From: Candidatus Nanopusillus acidilobi
GTDB taxonomy: Archaea > Nanobdellota > Nanobdellia > Nanobdellales > Nanobdellaceae
Direction of reading: 5' to 3'
DNA: 32,000 nt
Assembly (NCBI GenBank): GCA_001552015.1
Contig: CP010514.1
Coordinates: 270,001-302,000 of the forward strand
Positions 9,092 to 18,008 of the stretch are shown here, piece after piece. The notes beneath the pieces are model-generated. The model was not told the origin of the DNA. It made no database searches and saw nothing but the letters and a program-made list of their open reading frames with translations. The number at the start of each line of letters is the position of its first letter. Position 1 is the stretch's first letter. Made by a program: the position numbers and the translations under genes.

Positions 9092-10739
9092 ATTTAATAT
9101 ATTTCATTAATTCCTTTATGCTTATTTCAAAACCAGTTAATGGATACTTTATATCTAATTTTTCTAATATATTTGGATCAATTTCTCCAATCCATCCAAT
9201 ATTTTCATTATTTACAAATATATCTCCTTGTCTTCCATCTATTAAAAATTTATGATTTGAATTTCTTATATCAAAATCAATTTCTAATTCTTTAAATAAT
9301 CTCTTTAATACCTTTAATGAATCATTTACAGAAACCTCATAATTAGAATAAATATATAATAAATCTAAATCTTCAATTATTTTATTATTTTTAATATATG
9401 AAACCCTATTTAATTCAAATATTTTTGCAGGGAATTTTAATTCATTATTTTCAGATAATAATTGTAAGAAAGAAGATAATAAATATACTCTAATTGAATT
9501 ATAAGATGATGATGCAGGATTTATTAATTCAATAATCTCTCTATCTTCATTTAATAAGCTATTTATATCCTTATTAGATAATATTGGAGTATATATTTCT
9601 ATGCATCCCATATTAACCATTATTTTTCTTATATTATTTATTATCTTTCTTTCTTTACTTAATTCTCCCTTTGTATATATTTTAATTTCTCTTGGTTTTA
9701 AATTATTATATCCATAAGAAATCAATATTTCTTCAATTATATCATATTCAGATAATATATCATCCCTATAATTTAGATATTCAATAATTAATTTATTATT
9801 TTCAATTTTTGCATTCATTCTTTTTCTATTTAAATATTCAACAATTTTTTTATCATCTAATTCTATTCCTAAATATTTTTTAATTTTATTTAAATCCATT
9901 TCTTTTTTAATAATTTTTAATTCTGGTGTTTTAATTTTTTTATCAGGATATATTACATTAATTGAATATATTTCTCCTCCAAAATCTTTTAATGCCAATA
10001 CAATTACATTTAATGCCAATAATATTTTTTCTAAATCTGTTCCGGAAACATCTATGAAAATATTTTTTGTATTAATATCTAGCTTTCCAATTTTATTTGA
10101 ATTTATTATTGGAGGAAATGAAATAATATTATTATTTGAATCAATTAATATTGGATATTTATTATATTTATTTAAAATATTTGCATATTTTTTACCAGGT
10201 TCTGTATTTTCCAATATTTCTCTTAATGATAATTCTTTATCAAATCCTAAAGGAATAAATTTTGTTTCTGGATCTGCTAATTTATAATAAACAGGAAATT
10301 CAATTAAATCAAAATTATGTGTCCCAATTGCAACTTTTTGTCTATTTCTTCCAAAAGATTGTGATATTTTTTCTTGTAATTGTATTAAATCTTTTAATCT
10401 GTCTTCATTTAATTTTACATTTTTAACAATTGCACCAACAATATATGGTCTTACATTTGATATTTCTTTATCAACAATTAAACTATAGGGAGAATCTTTT
10501 ATTTCAAATTTTGGAATTCCATTTTCAATATTTAATATTCCTTTTAATTCTCTTGCAATTCCAGTTAAACTATATAAATCAATTCTATTAAAATCTTTTA
10601 CTTCAATTTTTGCATTATTTCCATTAATTTCATCTAATTCACATTTTATATTTAATAAATATTCACTTAATTCTTCTTCAGATAATTTTTTATTTAATAG
10701 TTTATATAATTCATTTAAAGATACATCTAAAACAACCAT
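9081..10739 (-). CDS. pheT: Phenylalanyl-tRNA synthetase beta subunit
   Basis: 552 aa, directly downstream of and overlapping pheS order in the operon, archaeal PheT-type sequence with B3/B4-like and B5 domains. Confidence 0.93.
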   Translation of the reverse strand: MVVLDVSLNELYKLLNKKLSEEELSEYLLNIKCELDEINGNNAKIEVKDFNRIDLYSLTGIARELKGILNIENGIPKFEIKDSPYSLIVDKEISNVRPYIVGAIVKNVKLNEDRLKDLIQLQEKISQSFGRNRQKVAIGTHNFDLIEFPVYYKLADPETKFIPLGFDKELSLREILENTEPGKKYANILNKYNKYPILIDSNNNIISFPPIINSNKIGKLDINTKNIFIDVSGTDLEKILLALNVIVLALKDFGGEIYSINVIYPDKKIKTPELKIIKKEMDLNKIKKYLGIELDDKKIVEYLNRKRMNAKIENNKLIIEYLNYRDDILSEYDIIEEILISYGYNNLKPREIKIYTKGELSKERKIINNIRKIMVNMGCIEIYTPILSNKDINSLLNEDREIIELINPASSSYNSIRVYLLSSFLQLLSENNELKFPAKIFELNRVSYIKNNKIIEDLDLLYIYSNYEVSVNDSLKVLKRLFKELEIDFDIRNSNHKFLIDGRQGDIFVNNENIGWIGEIDPNILEKLDIKYPLTGFEISIKELMKYIKYDI

Positions 10740-10999
10740 TAAACCTCAATTCCTAATTTCTTTAAAATTTCTTGTTCTTTATTTTTATTCTTTATATCTT
10801 TTTTAGAAATTCCCCTATATCTTGCACATGCAGGACAAATATATATTTTTATAGGACTGGATAAAATTAGCATGGGACTTTGTTCTGCAGAAACATCTGG
10901 TTTAAGTTTTGGTGATATTGTTAGTTTAATTGCCTTATCCAATCTCACCATTCTTCCACAATAATAACAAGGTACATATTCATACTTCTTATTCTTCAT
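10739..10999 (-). CDS. Ribosomal protein S26e (eS26) like
   Basis: 86 aa, 'YVPCYYCGRMVRLDKAIKLT...IYICPACARYRGI': CxxCG..V..DKAI followed by CxxCA as in eS26. Confidence 0.65.
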   Translation of the reverse strand: MKNKKYEYVPCYYCGRMVRLDKAIKLTISPKLKPDVSAEQSPMLILSSPIKIYICPACARYRGISKKDIKNKNKEQEILKKLGIEV

Positions 11000-11119
11000 T
11001 GTTTTATATTATTTGATATTATCATATTTGCCATAAACGTATATTATTAGGATAAAATTTTTAATCTTAAATATTTAAAAGGGTAAAACTTTATTAATTT
11101 ATAATGGTATATCGGTCAG

Positions 11120-12706
11120 ATGGGGTTTCCAGTTGATATAGATTTTTTAAGGAATAATATAGAATTATATAAAGAAACATTTAGAAAAAGGGGTTTAGAT
11201 GAAAATATTGTAGATAAAGTAATTGAGTTAGATAATAAGAGAAGGGAGTTACAAAGGGAGTTAGATAAATTAAGATATAAGAAAAATTTATTATCAAAAT
11301 TTTATGGATCAGTTATTCAATATTTAAATGGAAAAATAGATAGAAATACATTAATTAAAGCTGCAATAGATATTGGATATGATATACATGAAGGAAATAT
11401 TTCAGAAGAATTATTAAATAAATTAAAGGAAGATATAAAAGATTTAGATGAAGAAATAAAGAAAGAAGAAGAAGAATTTAATAATGTTGAGAATAATTTA
11501 ATAGACCTATTATGGAATTTTCCAAATCTATTATCAAATGAAGTTCCTGTTGGAGATGAAAGTAAAAATACACCAGTAAAATTCTGGGGAATTCCTAGAG
11601 TATATGATATAAATTTATTTAAAGAACAGACTGAAAGATTTGGATGGAGGATTGTTGAATTAAATGAAATATTAAATAATAAGGAATATGAAAAATATAT
11701 AAAAAATAGAGAATTACTTGAAGAATTAAATAAAATATTAAATGATGAAGAAGATTTTAAAGAAATAAACTTTAATGATGTATTAGATTTTGATAAATTA
11801 AATAATGACAAAATAGTAGTATATAAAAAGGTAAATCATGAATTAAAGCATCAATATGATATATTAAAAGAATTTAATTTAGCAGATACAGATATTGCTG
11901 GAGAAGTTTCTGGTTCAAGATTTTACTTTGAATTTAATATATTATCTTTGTTAGATTTATCATTGAGTATGGAAGGTGTAAAATATATGATAAATAAAGG
12001 TTATACATTTACAATACCTCCTTATATGCTAAAAAAAGATATATTGGATGGAATAATAACATTGGATGATTTTGCAGATATGATGTATAAAATTGATGGA
12101 GAAGATCTATATTTAATAGGGACTGCTGAGCATCCAATAACTGCATTATATTATAATAGAATTATTGAAGAAGATCAATTACCAATTAAGATTGTTGGAT
12201 GGAGTCCATGCTTTAGAAAGGAAGCTGGTGCACATGGTAAAGATACAAAGGGATTATTTAGATTGCATCAATTCCATAAAATTGAACAATATATATTTTG
12301 TAAACCAGAAGATTCTGAAAAATATCATAAAGAATTAATAAGAAATGCAGAAGAATTTTTAGAGAAATTGAATATACCATATAGGACAGTTATAATTGCA
12401 TCAATGGATATGGGAAAGAGAAATTATAAACAATATGATATTGAAGGATGGTTCCCAGGACAAAATAAATATAGGGAATTAGTATCTGGATCGAATGTAA
12501 CAGATTGGCAGGCAAGGAGATCAAATATTAGATATAGAAAAAAGGATAATAGTTTAGATTACGTACATACATTAAATTGTACATTATCTGCAATACAAAG
12601 AACATTAACATGTATAATAGAAAATAACTATGATTATAAAAATAATAGAATATTAATACCCGGAATATTAAGGCAATATATTGGAAAAGATTTTATAACA
12701 AAATAG
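11120..12706 (+). CDS. serS: Seryl-tRNA synthetase
   Basis: 528 aa, N-terminal coiled-coil arm, class II motifs 'GTAEHPITALYYNRII', 'CFRKEAGAHGKDTKGLFRLHQFHKIEQY', 'NCTLSAIQRTLTCIIE'. Confidence 0.93.
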   Translation: MGFPVDIDFLRNNIELYKETFRKRGLDENIVDKVIELDNKRRELQRELDKLRYKKNLLSKFYGSVIQYLNGKIDRNTLIKAAIDIGYDIHEGNISEELLNKLKEDIKDLDEEIKKEEEEFNNVENNLIDLLWNFPNLLSNEVPVGDESKNTPVKFWGIPRVYDINLFKEQTERFGWRIVELNEILNNKEYEKYIKNRELLEELNKILNDEEDFKEINFNDVLDFDKLNNDKIVVYKKVNHELKHQYDILKEFNLADTDIAGEVSGSRFYFEFNILSLLDLSLSMEGVKYMINKGYTFTIPPYMLKKDILDGIITLDDFADMMYKIDGEDLYLIGTAEHPITALYYNRIIEEDQLPIKIVGWSPCFRKEAGAHGKDTKGLFRLHQFHKIEQYIFCKPEDSEKYHKELIRNAEEFLEKLNIPYRTVIIASMDMGKRNYKQYDIEGWFPGQNKYRELVSGSNVTDWQARRSNIRYRKKDNSLDYVHTLNCTLSAIQRTLTCIIENNYDYKNNRILIPGILRQYIGKDFITK

Positions 12707-12778
12707 CCGCGGAGGGGATTCGAACCCCTGATAAGAGGGTCTGCAGCCCTCCCCCTTAGGCCCCTCGGGCACCGCGGC
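12705..12778 (-). tRNA. tRNA-Cys (anticodon GCA)
   Basis: Minus-strand GCCGCGG-TG-D arm-GAGGG CTGCAGA CCCTC-TTATC-AGGGG TTCGAAT CCCCT-CCGCGGC-T. Acceptor, anticodon and T stems are perfectly paired, and the discriminator U73 is typical of tRNA-Cys. CCA is not encoded. Confidence 0.95.
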
Positions 12779-12781
12779 ATA

Positions 12782-13399
12782 TTAAATTTTTAATATTCTC
12801 TTATTATAAAACTTCTTACTATTTATATCATAATCATATAAAATAGGTACTGCAGGTTCAATTTCTAAATTTAATATTTGTTCTTCATTTAAATTTTCAA
12901 TATATGAAACAATTGACCTTAAACTATTTCCATGTGCAACAACTAAAACATTTTTATTTAATTCTAAGTCTCCCTTTATTGCTCTTTCAAAAAATGGTAT
13001 AGTTCTTTTTTGTGTATCTTCTAAACTTTCCCCATTTGGAGGTCTTACTTTTAAACTTCTTCTCCATAATCTTACTTGTTCTTTTCCATATATTTCTGCA
13101 ACTTTATCCTTATTTAATCCTTGTAAATCTCCATAATGTCTTTCATTTAAACTAATATCTTTTATTACTGGAATATTATATCCTAATATTTTTATAATAA
13201 TTTCTAATGTTTCAATTGCTCTTGATAATAAACTTGTATATGCAATATCAAATTTTATATTTAAACTTTTTAATATTTCTCCAGCTCTTTTTGCCTGTTC
13301 TCTTCCTTCATCTGTTAATGGTACATCTACCCATCCAGTAAATCTATTTTCTTTATTCCATAATGATTCGCCATGCCTTATTAAGCATAGTATGGGCAT
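12782..13399 (-). CDS. gpmA: 2,3-bisphosphoglycerate-dependent phosphoglycerate mutase
   Basis: 205 aa, 'LIRHGESLWNKENRFTGWVDVPLTDEG', 'NERHYGDLQGLNK', 'VVAHGNSLRSIV'. Confidence 0.93.
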   Translation of the reverse strand: MPILCLIRHGESLWNKENRFTGWVDVPLTDEGREQAKRAGEILKSLNIKFDIAYTSLLSRAIETLEIIIKILGYNIPVIKDISLNERHYGDLQGLNKDKVAEIYGKEQVRLWRRSLKVRPPNGESLEDTQKRTIPFFERAIKGDLELNKNVLVVAHGNSLRSIVSYIENLNEEQILNLEIEPAVPILYDYDINSKKFYNKRILKI

Positions 13400-13400
13400 A

Positions 13401-13718
13401 TTAGTTATTATCCCTTAAATACTTATATACCTGTTTTCCCAATAATGTTAATTTATAATATGTATGATGCATTCTAACCTGAAATTGTTTCTTTAATCTT
13501 GCTTTTGTTCTCTTAACAGTTTTACTATGTACTTCTTCAATCAATCCAATCTCTTTTAATTCTTCTAATATCTTATTTACTTTATTAATATCAATTTTTG
13601 TATATTTTGATATGTTTTTTGCATAATCCAAATTCGCAATCTTTAAGTGATTTAGAACTTTAAAATAATCGGGATCATCTTTTAGCATTTTTGCTAATAA
13701 TCTTATTTCTTCTGACAT
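13401..13718 (-). CDS. Winged-helix protein, DUF2250-like; listed ORF extends to 13784 but ATG at 13718 (MSEEIRLLAKML) is the likelier start
   Basis: 'YFKVLNHLKIANLDYAKNISKYTKIDINKVNKILEELKEIGLIEEV...HHTYYKLTLLGKQVYKYL'; wHTH pattern, 1 nt gap to gpmA. Confidence 0.6.
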   Translation of the reverse strand: MSEEIRLLAKMLKDDPDYFKVLNHLKIANLDYAKNISKYTKIDINKVNKILEELKEIGLIEEVHSKTVKRTKARLKKQFQVRMHHTYYKLTLLGKQVYKYLRDNN

Positions 13719-14366
13719 ATGTTTAATAATTCTGAAAAATGTATATGTTTTATGAATCCAAAAGATGATCTTGAAAAGAAGCATTTTTATACATATTGTA
13801 TAAGTGAGAAGGATTATATAAAAAAAGGAGAAAGAGTGGGATTGTTTATATTTTATGAATATATAGAGAAGACATTAAATGAATTTCCAAAAATAAATGA
13901 TGATGTTCTTGAAATAATTAGACTATTTTTAAATAATATATATTTATTGATATCCAAACCAGAAGAAAATGAAAAATATTTAAAATATGCAGTATATATT
14001 GAAGAAAAGGCAGAAGAATTGGAAAAAATTGGTAAAGAAAAAATAAAGAATTTTATAGATTTTTCAGATATAGATGATGAAGAAATAAAGAAATTAAATA
14101 ATTTAAGAATAAATATAAGGATATTGGAAGATTTATTTTGGTTAATAGTTAAGAATAAAGAAATACCAAATAATGGTTTATATTTAGTTATACCGCATTT
14201 CCTAAATGTATCATCAAAATATGTATTTTATTATATAGCAATTAAATATTATGATAAATTAAAACCAATTAAAAGATTGGATAATATAGAGGTAAAATAT
14301 AATGAAGAAAAATATAAAGAATATTTAAATAAATATAAAAACAAAAGGCTTGATGAATATATATAA
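13719..14366 (+). CDS. Conserved-looking protein of unknown function, helical (true start perhaps ATG 13752)
   Basis: 215 aa uninterrupted ORF in a compact gene array; no recognised motif. Confidence 0.6.
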   Translation: MFNNSEKCICFMNPKDDLEKKHFYTYCISEKDYIKKGERVGLFIFYEYIEKTLNEFPKINDDVLEIIRLFLNNIYLLISKPEENEKYLKYAVYIEEKAEELEKIGKEKIKNFIDFSDIDDEEIKKLNNLRINIRILEDLFWLIVKNKEIPNNGLYLVIPHFLNVSSKYVFYYIAIKYYDKLKPIKRLDNIEVKYNEEKYKEYLNKYKNKRLDEYI

Positions 14367-14388
14367 AAATTTTTTGAAAAATTGAATT

Positions 14389-15684
14389 ATGAAATTTAGT
14401 ATAATTACTTTGGGATGTACATTAAATAAAGCTGAAGGAGAAATAATGAAAGATATACTAATTAAAAAAGGATATAAATATACAGAAAATCCTGATGAAA
14501 GTGAAATATTAATAATAAATACATGTACTGTTAAAGGACCAACAGAATCAAAAGCAATAAAATTGGTAAATAAATATAAGGATAAAAAATTAATCTTGGC
14601 AGGTTGTTTAGTACAACATCAACCAGAATTATTTAATGGTTATCCATTAATTGGTTTAGATCATATAGATGAAGTAGATAAAGTTTTGGAAGATTATTTA
14701 AATGGAAAAATAGATGTATTAATTGATAGAAAAAATACAAAAAAATTATTGCCTTCTGTGGATCAATATCCAATAAAGATAATAATATTGCAAGAAGGAT
14801 GTTTATGGAATTGTTTATATTGTGCTACAAAATTGGCAAGGGGTAATGCAAAATCATATCCTCCAGAATATATTTATAAAGAATTAAGGGATGCAAAATT
14901 AAATGGATTAAAGATTATATATTTTACAGGAACAGATTTAGCAACATATGGATATGATTTAAATATTGATTTAGCAGATTTATTATTTGGATTAAAAGAT
15001 ATTAAGGGAGAATATTATATAAGGGTTGGAATGGCAAATCCTGGAATTTTAAATAAATTTATTGATAAATTATTAGATTCTTATGATAATGAAAATATAT
15101 TCAAGTTCTTTCATATACCAGTTCAATCAGGATCAAATAATGTATTAAAAACAATGGGTAGGGGATATAGTATTGAAGACTTCTATGAATTAATTGAAAA
15201 AATAAGGAAAAGATATTATGAAGGAACAATTGCAACAGATATAATTGTTGGATATCCTACAGAAACTGAAGAAGATTTTAGAAAAACATTGGAATTAGTT
15301 GAAAATGTAAAATTTGATATAATAAATATATCAAAATATTGGCCAAGACCAAAAACATTATCATATAAATTATATAAACAACTACCTGGTCATATTGTAA
15401 AGGAAAGATCTAGAAAACTAAAAATTATATTTAATAAATATTCATATGAAAGAAATAAACAATGGTTAAATTGGGAAGGATATGCAATTGTAGAATCAAA
15501 AGGAAAATATGAAAATACATGGATTGCTAGAAATTATGCATATAAACAAATTATAGTAAAATCTGATAAAAATATTTTGGGAAAAACAATAAAAGTAAAA
15601 ATTAATAATATCACACCAATCGATTTAAGAGGTGAATTATTAGAAATAAAGGAAGAAAATTTATTGGAAAAAACATTATATTGA
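14389..15684 (+). CDS. tRNA (N6-threonylcarbamoyladenosine) methylthiotransferase, archaeal/eukaryotic e-MtaB (CDKAL1) type
   Basis: 431 aa, UPF0004 domain 'TLGCTLNKAEGE', radical SAM 'EGCLWNCLYCATKLARG', 'HIPVQSGSNNVLKTMGRGY', 'ATDIIVGYPTETEEDF', C-terminal TRAM. Confidence 0.9.
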   Translation: MKFSIITLGCTLNKAEGEIMKDILIKKGYKYTENPDESEILIINTCTVKGPTESKAIKLVNKYKDKKLILAGCLVQHQPELFNGYPLIGLDHIDEVDKVLEDYLNGKIDVLIDRKNTKKLLPSVDQYPIKIIILQEGCLWNCLYCATKLARGNAKSYPPEYIYKELRDAKLNGLKIIYFTGTDLATYGYDLNIDLADLLFGLKDIKGEYYIRVGMANPGILNKFIDKLLDSYDNENIFKFFHIPVQSGSNNVLKTMGRGYSIEDFYELIEKIRKRYYEGTIATDIIVGYPTETEEDFRKTLELVENVKFDIINISKYWPRPKTLSYKLYKQLPGHIVKERSRKLKIIFNKYSYERNKQWLNWEGYAIVESKGKYENTWIARNYAYKQIIVKSDKNILGKTIKVKINNITPIDLRGELLEIKEENLLEKTLY

Positions 15685-15743
15685 AATTTACCACCGATTT
15701 GGTAAAATATTATTTTAAATATGCTATAGTTTATTAAAAAATA

Positions 15744-17387
15744 ATGGTAGACCTAAATATTTTAATAGGTGGTCAGGCTGGTCAAGGAATAGATTTTGCT
15801 GCAGATATAATATCAAGAGTATTCATTAAATTGGGATATAATGTATTTAATTATAGATGGTATATGAGTTTAATTAGAGGGGGACATAATTATAATATTG
15901 TTAGTATATCTAGAGAAAAAATATATGCACCATATTTTGAAGATTTTGATTATATAATTGCATTTGATCAAAATACGGTAAATTTACATAGTAAAAAATT
16001 AAAGGAAAATGGATTAATAATTGGACCAAAAAATGTTGTATATAATAAAAAAGTTGATATAGATTTAGATTATTATTATAAAAAATATAATGTTAATAAA
16101 AAATATGAAAATACAATTGTTCTATTAGCGTTTTTTAAATATTTAAATATTGATAAAGAAATAGTTAAAGATGTATTTGAAAAAAGAATAGGCGATCCTG
16201 AAGAATTAAAATTAATTGACATTATTTATAATGATTTAAATATTAGTAGTAAAGAAAGTATAGAAAAGGGAGTTTATAAGAAACAATTTTATTTATCTGG
16301 TTCTGAAGGAATTGCATTAGGAGCAATTGCTGCAGGTTTGGATATATATATTGCATATCCAATGACTCCTGCGTCTCCCGTTTTGCATATTTTAGCATCT
16401 CTAAGGGATAAATATAATATTGTAACATATCAACCTGATAATGAAATTGGTGTAATTAATATTGCTTTAGGTGCATCTTATGCAGGTGCAAAGGTAATGA
16501 TTGGATCTTCTGGAGGTGGTATAGATTTAATGGCAGAGGCAATTAGTTTAGCAGGTATGGCAGAAATTCCTTTAGTAATTTATTGGGCTCAAAGATATGG
16601 ACCTTCAACAGGTATGGCAACACATACAGATCAATCAGATCTATTAGAAGCATTAAATATTGGTCATGGAGAATTTCCTAGAGTCGTTATTGCACCTGGA
16701 GATCCTGCAGAAGCTTTTGAAAGAACAATTGAAGCATTTCATATTGCATATAAATTTAATAATCCTGTAATATTATTATCAGATCTATTTTTAGGTGAAT
16801 CTAAGATGAATTTCGATTATATATATGTACCAAATATAGAAATATCGAGATATATAGATTTGGAACCTCCAAAGAATTATCAAAATTATAAAATAAATGA
16901 TCAAGGATATCAATTAAGGGCAATACCTGGTTTTGATGCAATTGTAAAAGCTTCATCTTATGAGCATGATGAATCAGGTATAGAAACAGAAAATCATGAA
17001 ATGGGACAAAAAATGAGTGAAAAAAGGATGAGGAAATTAGAATCTATTGAAAAGGAATTAAAAGAATTTGAACCATATCAAATATATGGAGAAGGAAACA
17101 AGTTAATTGTTTCTTGGGGTTCTAATAAGATGCCAATATTAGAAGCATTAAAATATTTAAAAGGTTGGAAATATTTGCATATATCTTATTTATCTCCATT
17201 TCCAAAAGAAATTAAATATTTACTAGAAGAATCTAAAGAAATAGTATCAATTGAACATAATTTAACTGGACAATTATCAAAATTAATAAAACAAGAATTA
17301 GGAATTGAAATTGAAAATAAATTATTAAAGCATTCTGGAGAACCATTTTCTGTTAAGGAAATATTAGATTATATAAAAAATCTATAA
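15744..17387 (+). CDS. 2-oxoacid:ferredoxin oxidoreductase, fused gamma-alpha subunit
   Basis: 547 aa, 'GGQAGQGIDFAADIISRVF' (gamma domain), then 'SGSEGIALGAIAAGLDIYIAYPMTPASPVLH...VYQPDNEIGVINIALGASYAGAKVMIGSSGGGIDLM' (alpha domain). Confidence 0.92.
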   Translation: MVDLNILIGGQAGQGIDFAADIISRVFIKLGYNVFNYRWYMSLIRGGHNYNIVSISREKIYAPYFEDFDYIIAFDQNTVNLHSKKLKENGLIIGPKNVVYNKKVDIDLDYYYKKYNVNKKYENTIVLLAFFKYLNIDKEIVKDVFEKRIGDPEELKLIDIIYNDLNISSKESIEKGVYKKQFYLSGSEGIALGAIAAGLDIYIAYPMTPASPVLHILASLRDKYNIVTYQPDNEIGVINIALGASYAGAKVMIGSSGGGIDLMAEAISLAGMAEIPLVIYWAQRYGPSTGMATHTDQSDLLEALNIGHGEFPRVVIAPGDPAEAFERTIEAFHIAYKFNNPVILLSDLFLGESKMNFDYIYVPNIEISRYIDLEPPKNYQNYKINDQGYQLRAIPGFDAIVKASSYEHDESGIETENHEMGQKMSEKRMRKLESIEKELKEFEPYQIYGEGNKLIVSWGSNKMPILEALKYLKGWKYLHISYLSPFPKEIKYLLEESKEIVSIEHNLTGQLSKLIKQELGIEIENKLLKHSGEPFSVKEILDYIKNL

Positions 17388-17837
17388 TTACTTTTTATTT
17401 AAAGCTTTTTTATCTTTTTCCCATTCTTCAATATCTCCATCAATAATATAAAAAATTGGATTTGGTTCTATTATTTTTTCATCTTTTATTTCTTCATATT
17501 TTTCTTTATCTCTTATTTTAAGTTTTTCAAGTAAATGTTGAAATTCAAAATTTATTTGACCAATTGTTACTGGCATTTTTAATTTTAAATCATACTTTAT
17601 TATTTTATCTTTATTAAAATTGTATCCTCTTCTTTTTCCTTCTAAATAAACATAATATAAATATGTTCCTATATATAATATTGGATCATTTGTTTTCTTG
17701 AATCTTATTAATTGAGGATGATTTTTATATCCTTTTGTTTTTCCTAATAATACTTTTTGGGCTAATAAGCCTTCTCTCCATAAACCTAAAAGACCAAGTT
17801 TATCTAAATATTTTGGATGTAATGACCAAAGTCTCAT
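17388..17837 (-). CDS. Pyrimidine-dimer DNA glycosylase, endonuclease V (DenV)-like
   Basis: 149 aa, 'MRLWSLHPKYLDKLGLLGLWREGLLAQKVLLGKTKGYKNHPQLIRFK' is characteristic of this family. Confidence 0.85.
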   Translation of the reverse strand: MRLWSLHPKYLDKLGLLGLWREGLLAQKVLLGKTKGYKNHPQLIRFKKTNDPILYIGTYLYYVYLEGKRRGYNFNKDKIIKYDLKLKMPVTIGQINFEFQHLLEKLKIRDKEKYEEIKDEKIIEPNPIFYIIDGDIEEWEKDKKALNKK

Positions 17838-17922
17838 TAAATTATAATTAGGCAGTGAGCTTTTTTATATAGAAATTAGGCTTCATTGATAGTTATTATA
17901 TTCTCTTAGGGGATTAGGAATA

Positions 17923-17932
17923 TTTATAAAAC
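17923..17932 (+). promoter_or_regulatory. TATA-like box TTTATAAAAC upstream of the 18009/18091 gene
   Basis: Same motif as the other promoters, but no start codon of a long ORF lies 25-30 nt downstream. Confidence 0.45.
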
Positions 17933-18008
17933 TTATATGAAGAAGTCTATTTATTTAATAATTATAAAAATAATTACCTTTTTTAAAGCTTTACTAAAAA
18001 TATATTAT

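Noticed and set aside
10054-10287. Plus-strand ORF inside pheT
   Set aside because: Antisense shadow ORF.
11317-11811. Minus-strand 164 aa ORF inside serS
   Set aside because: Long but antisense to the conserved SerRS; Ser/Phe/Leu-rich as expected for a complement of Lys/Glu/Asn codons.
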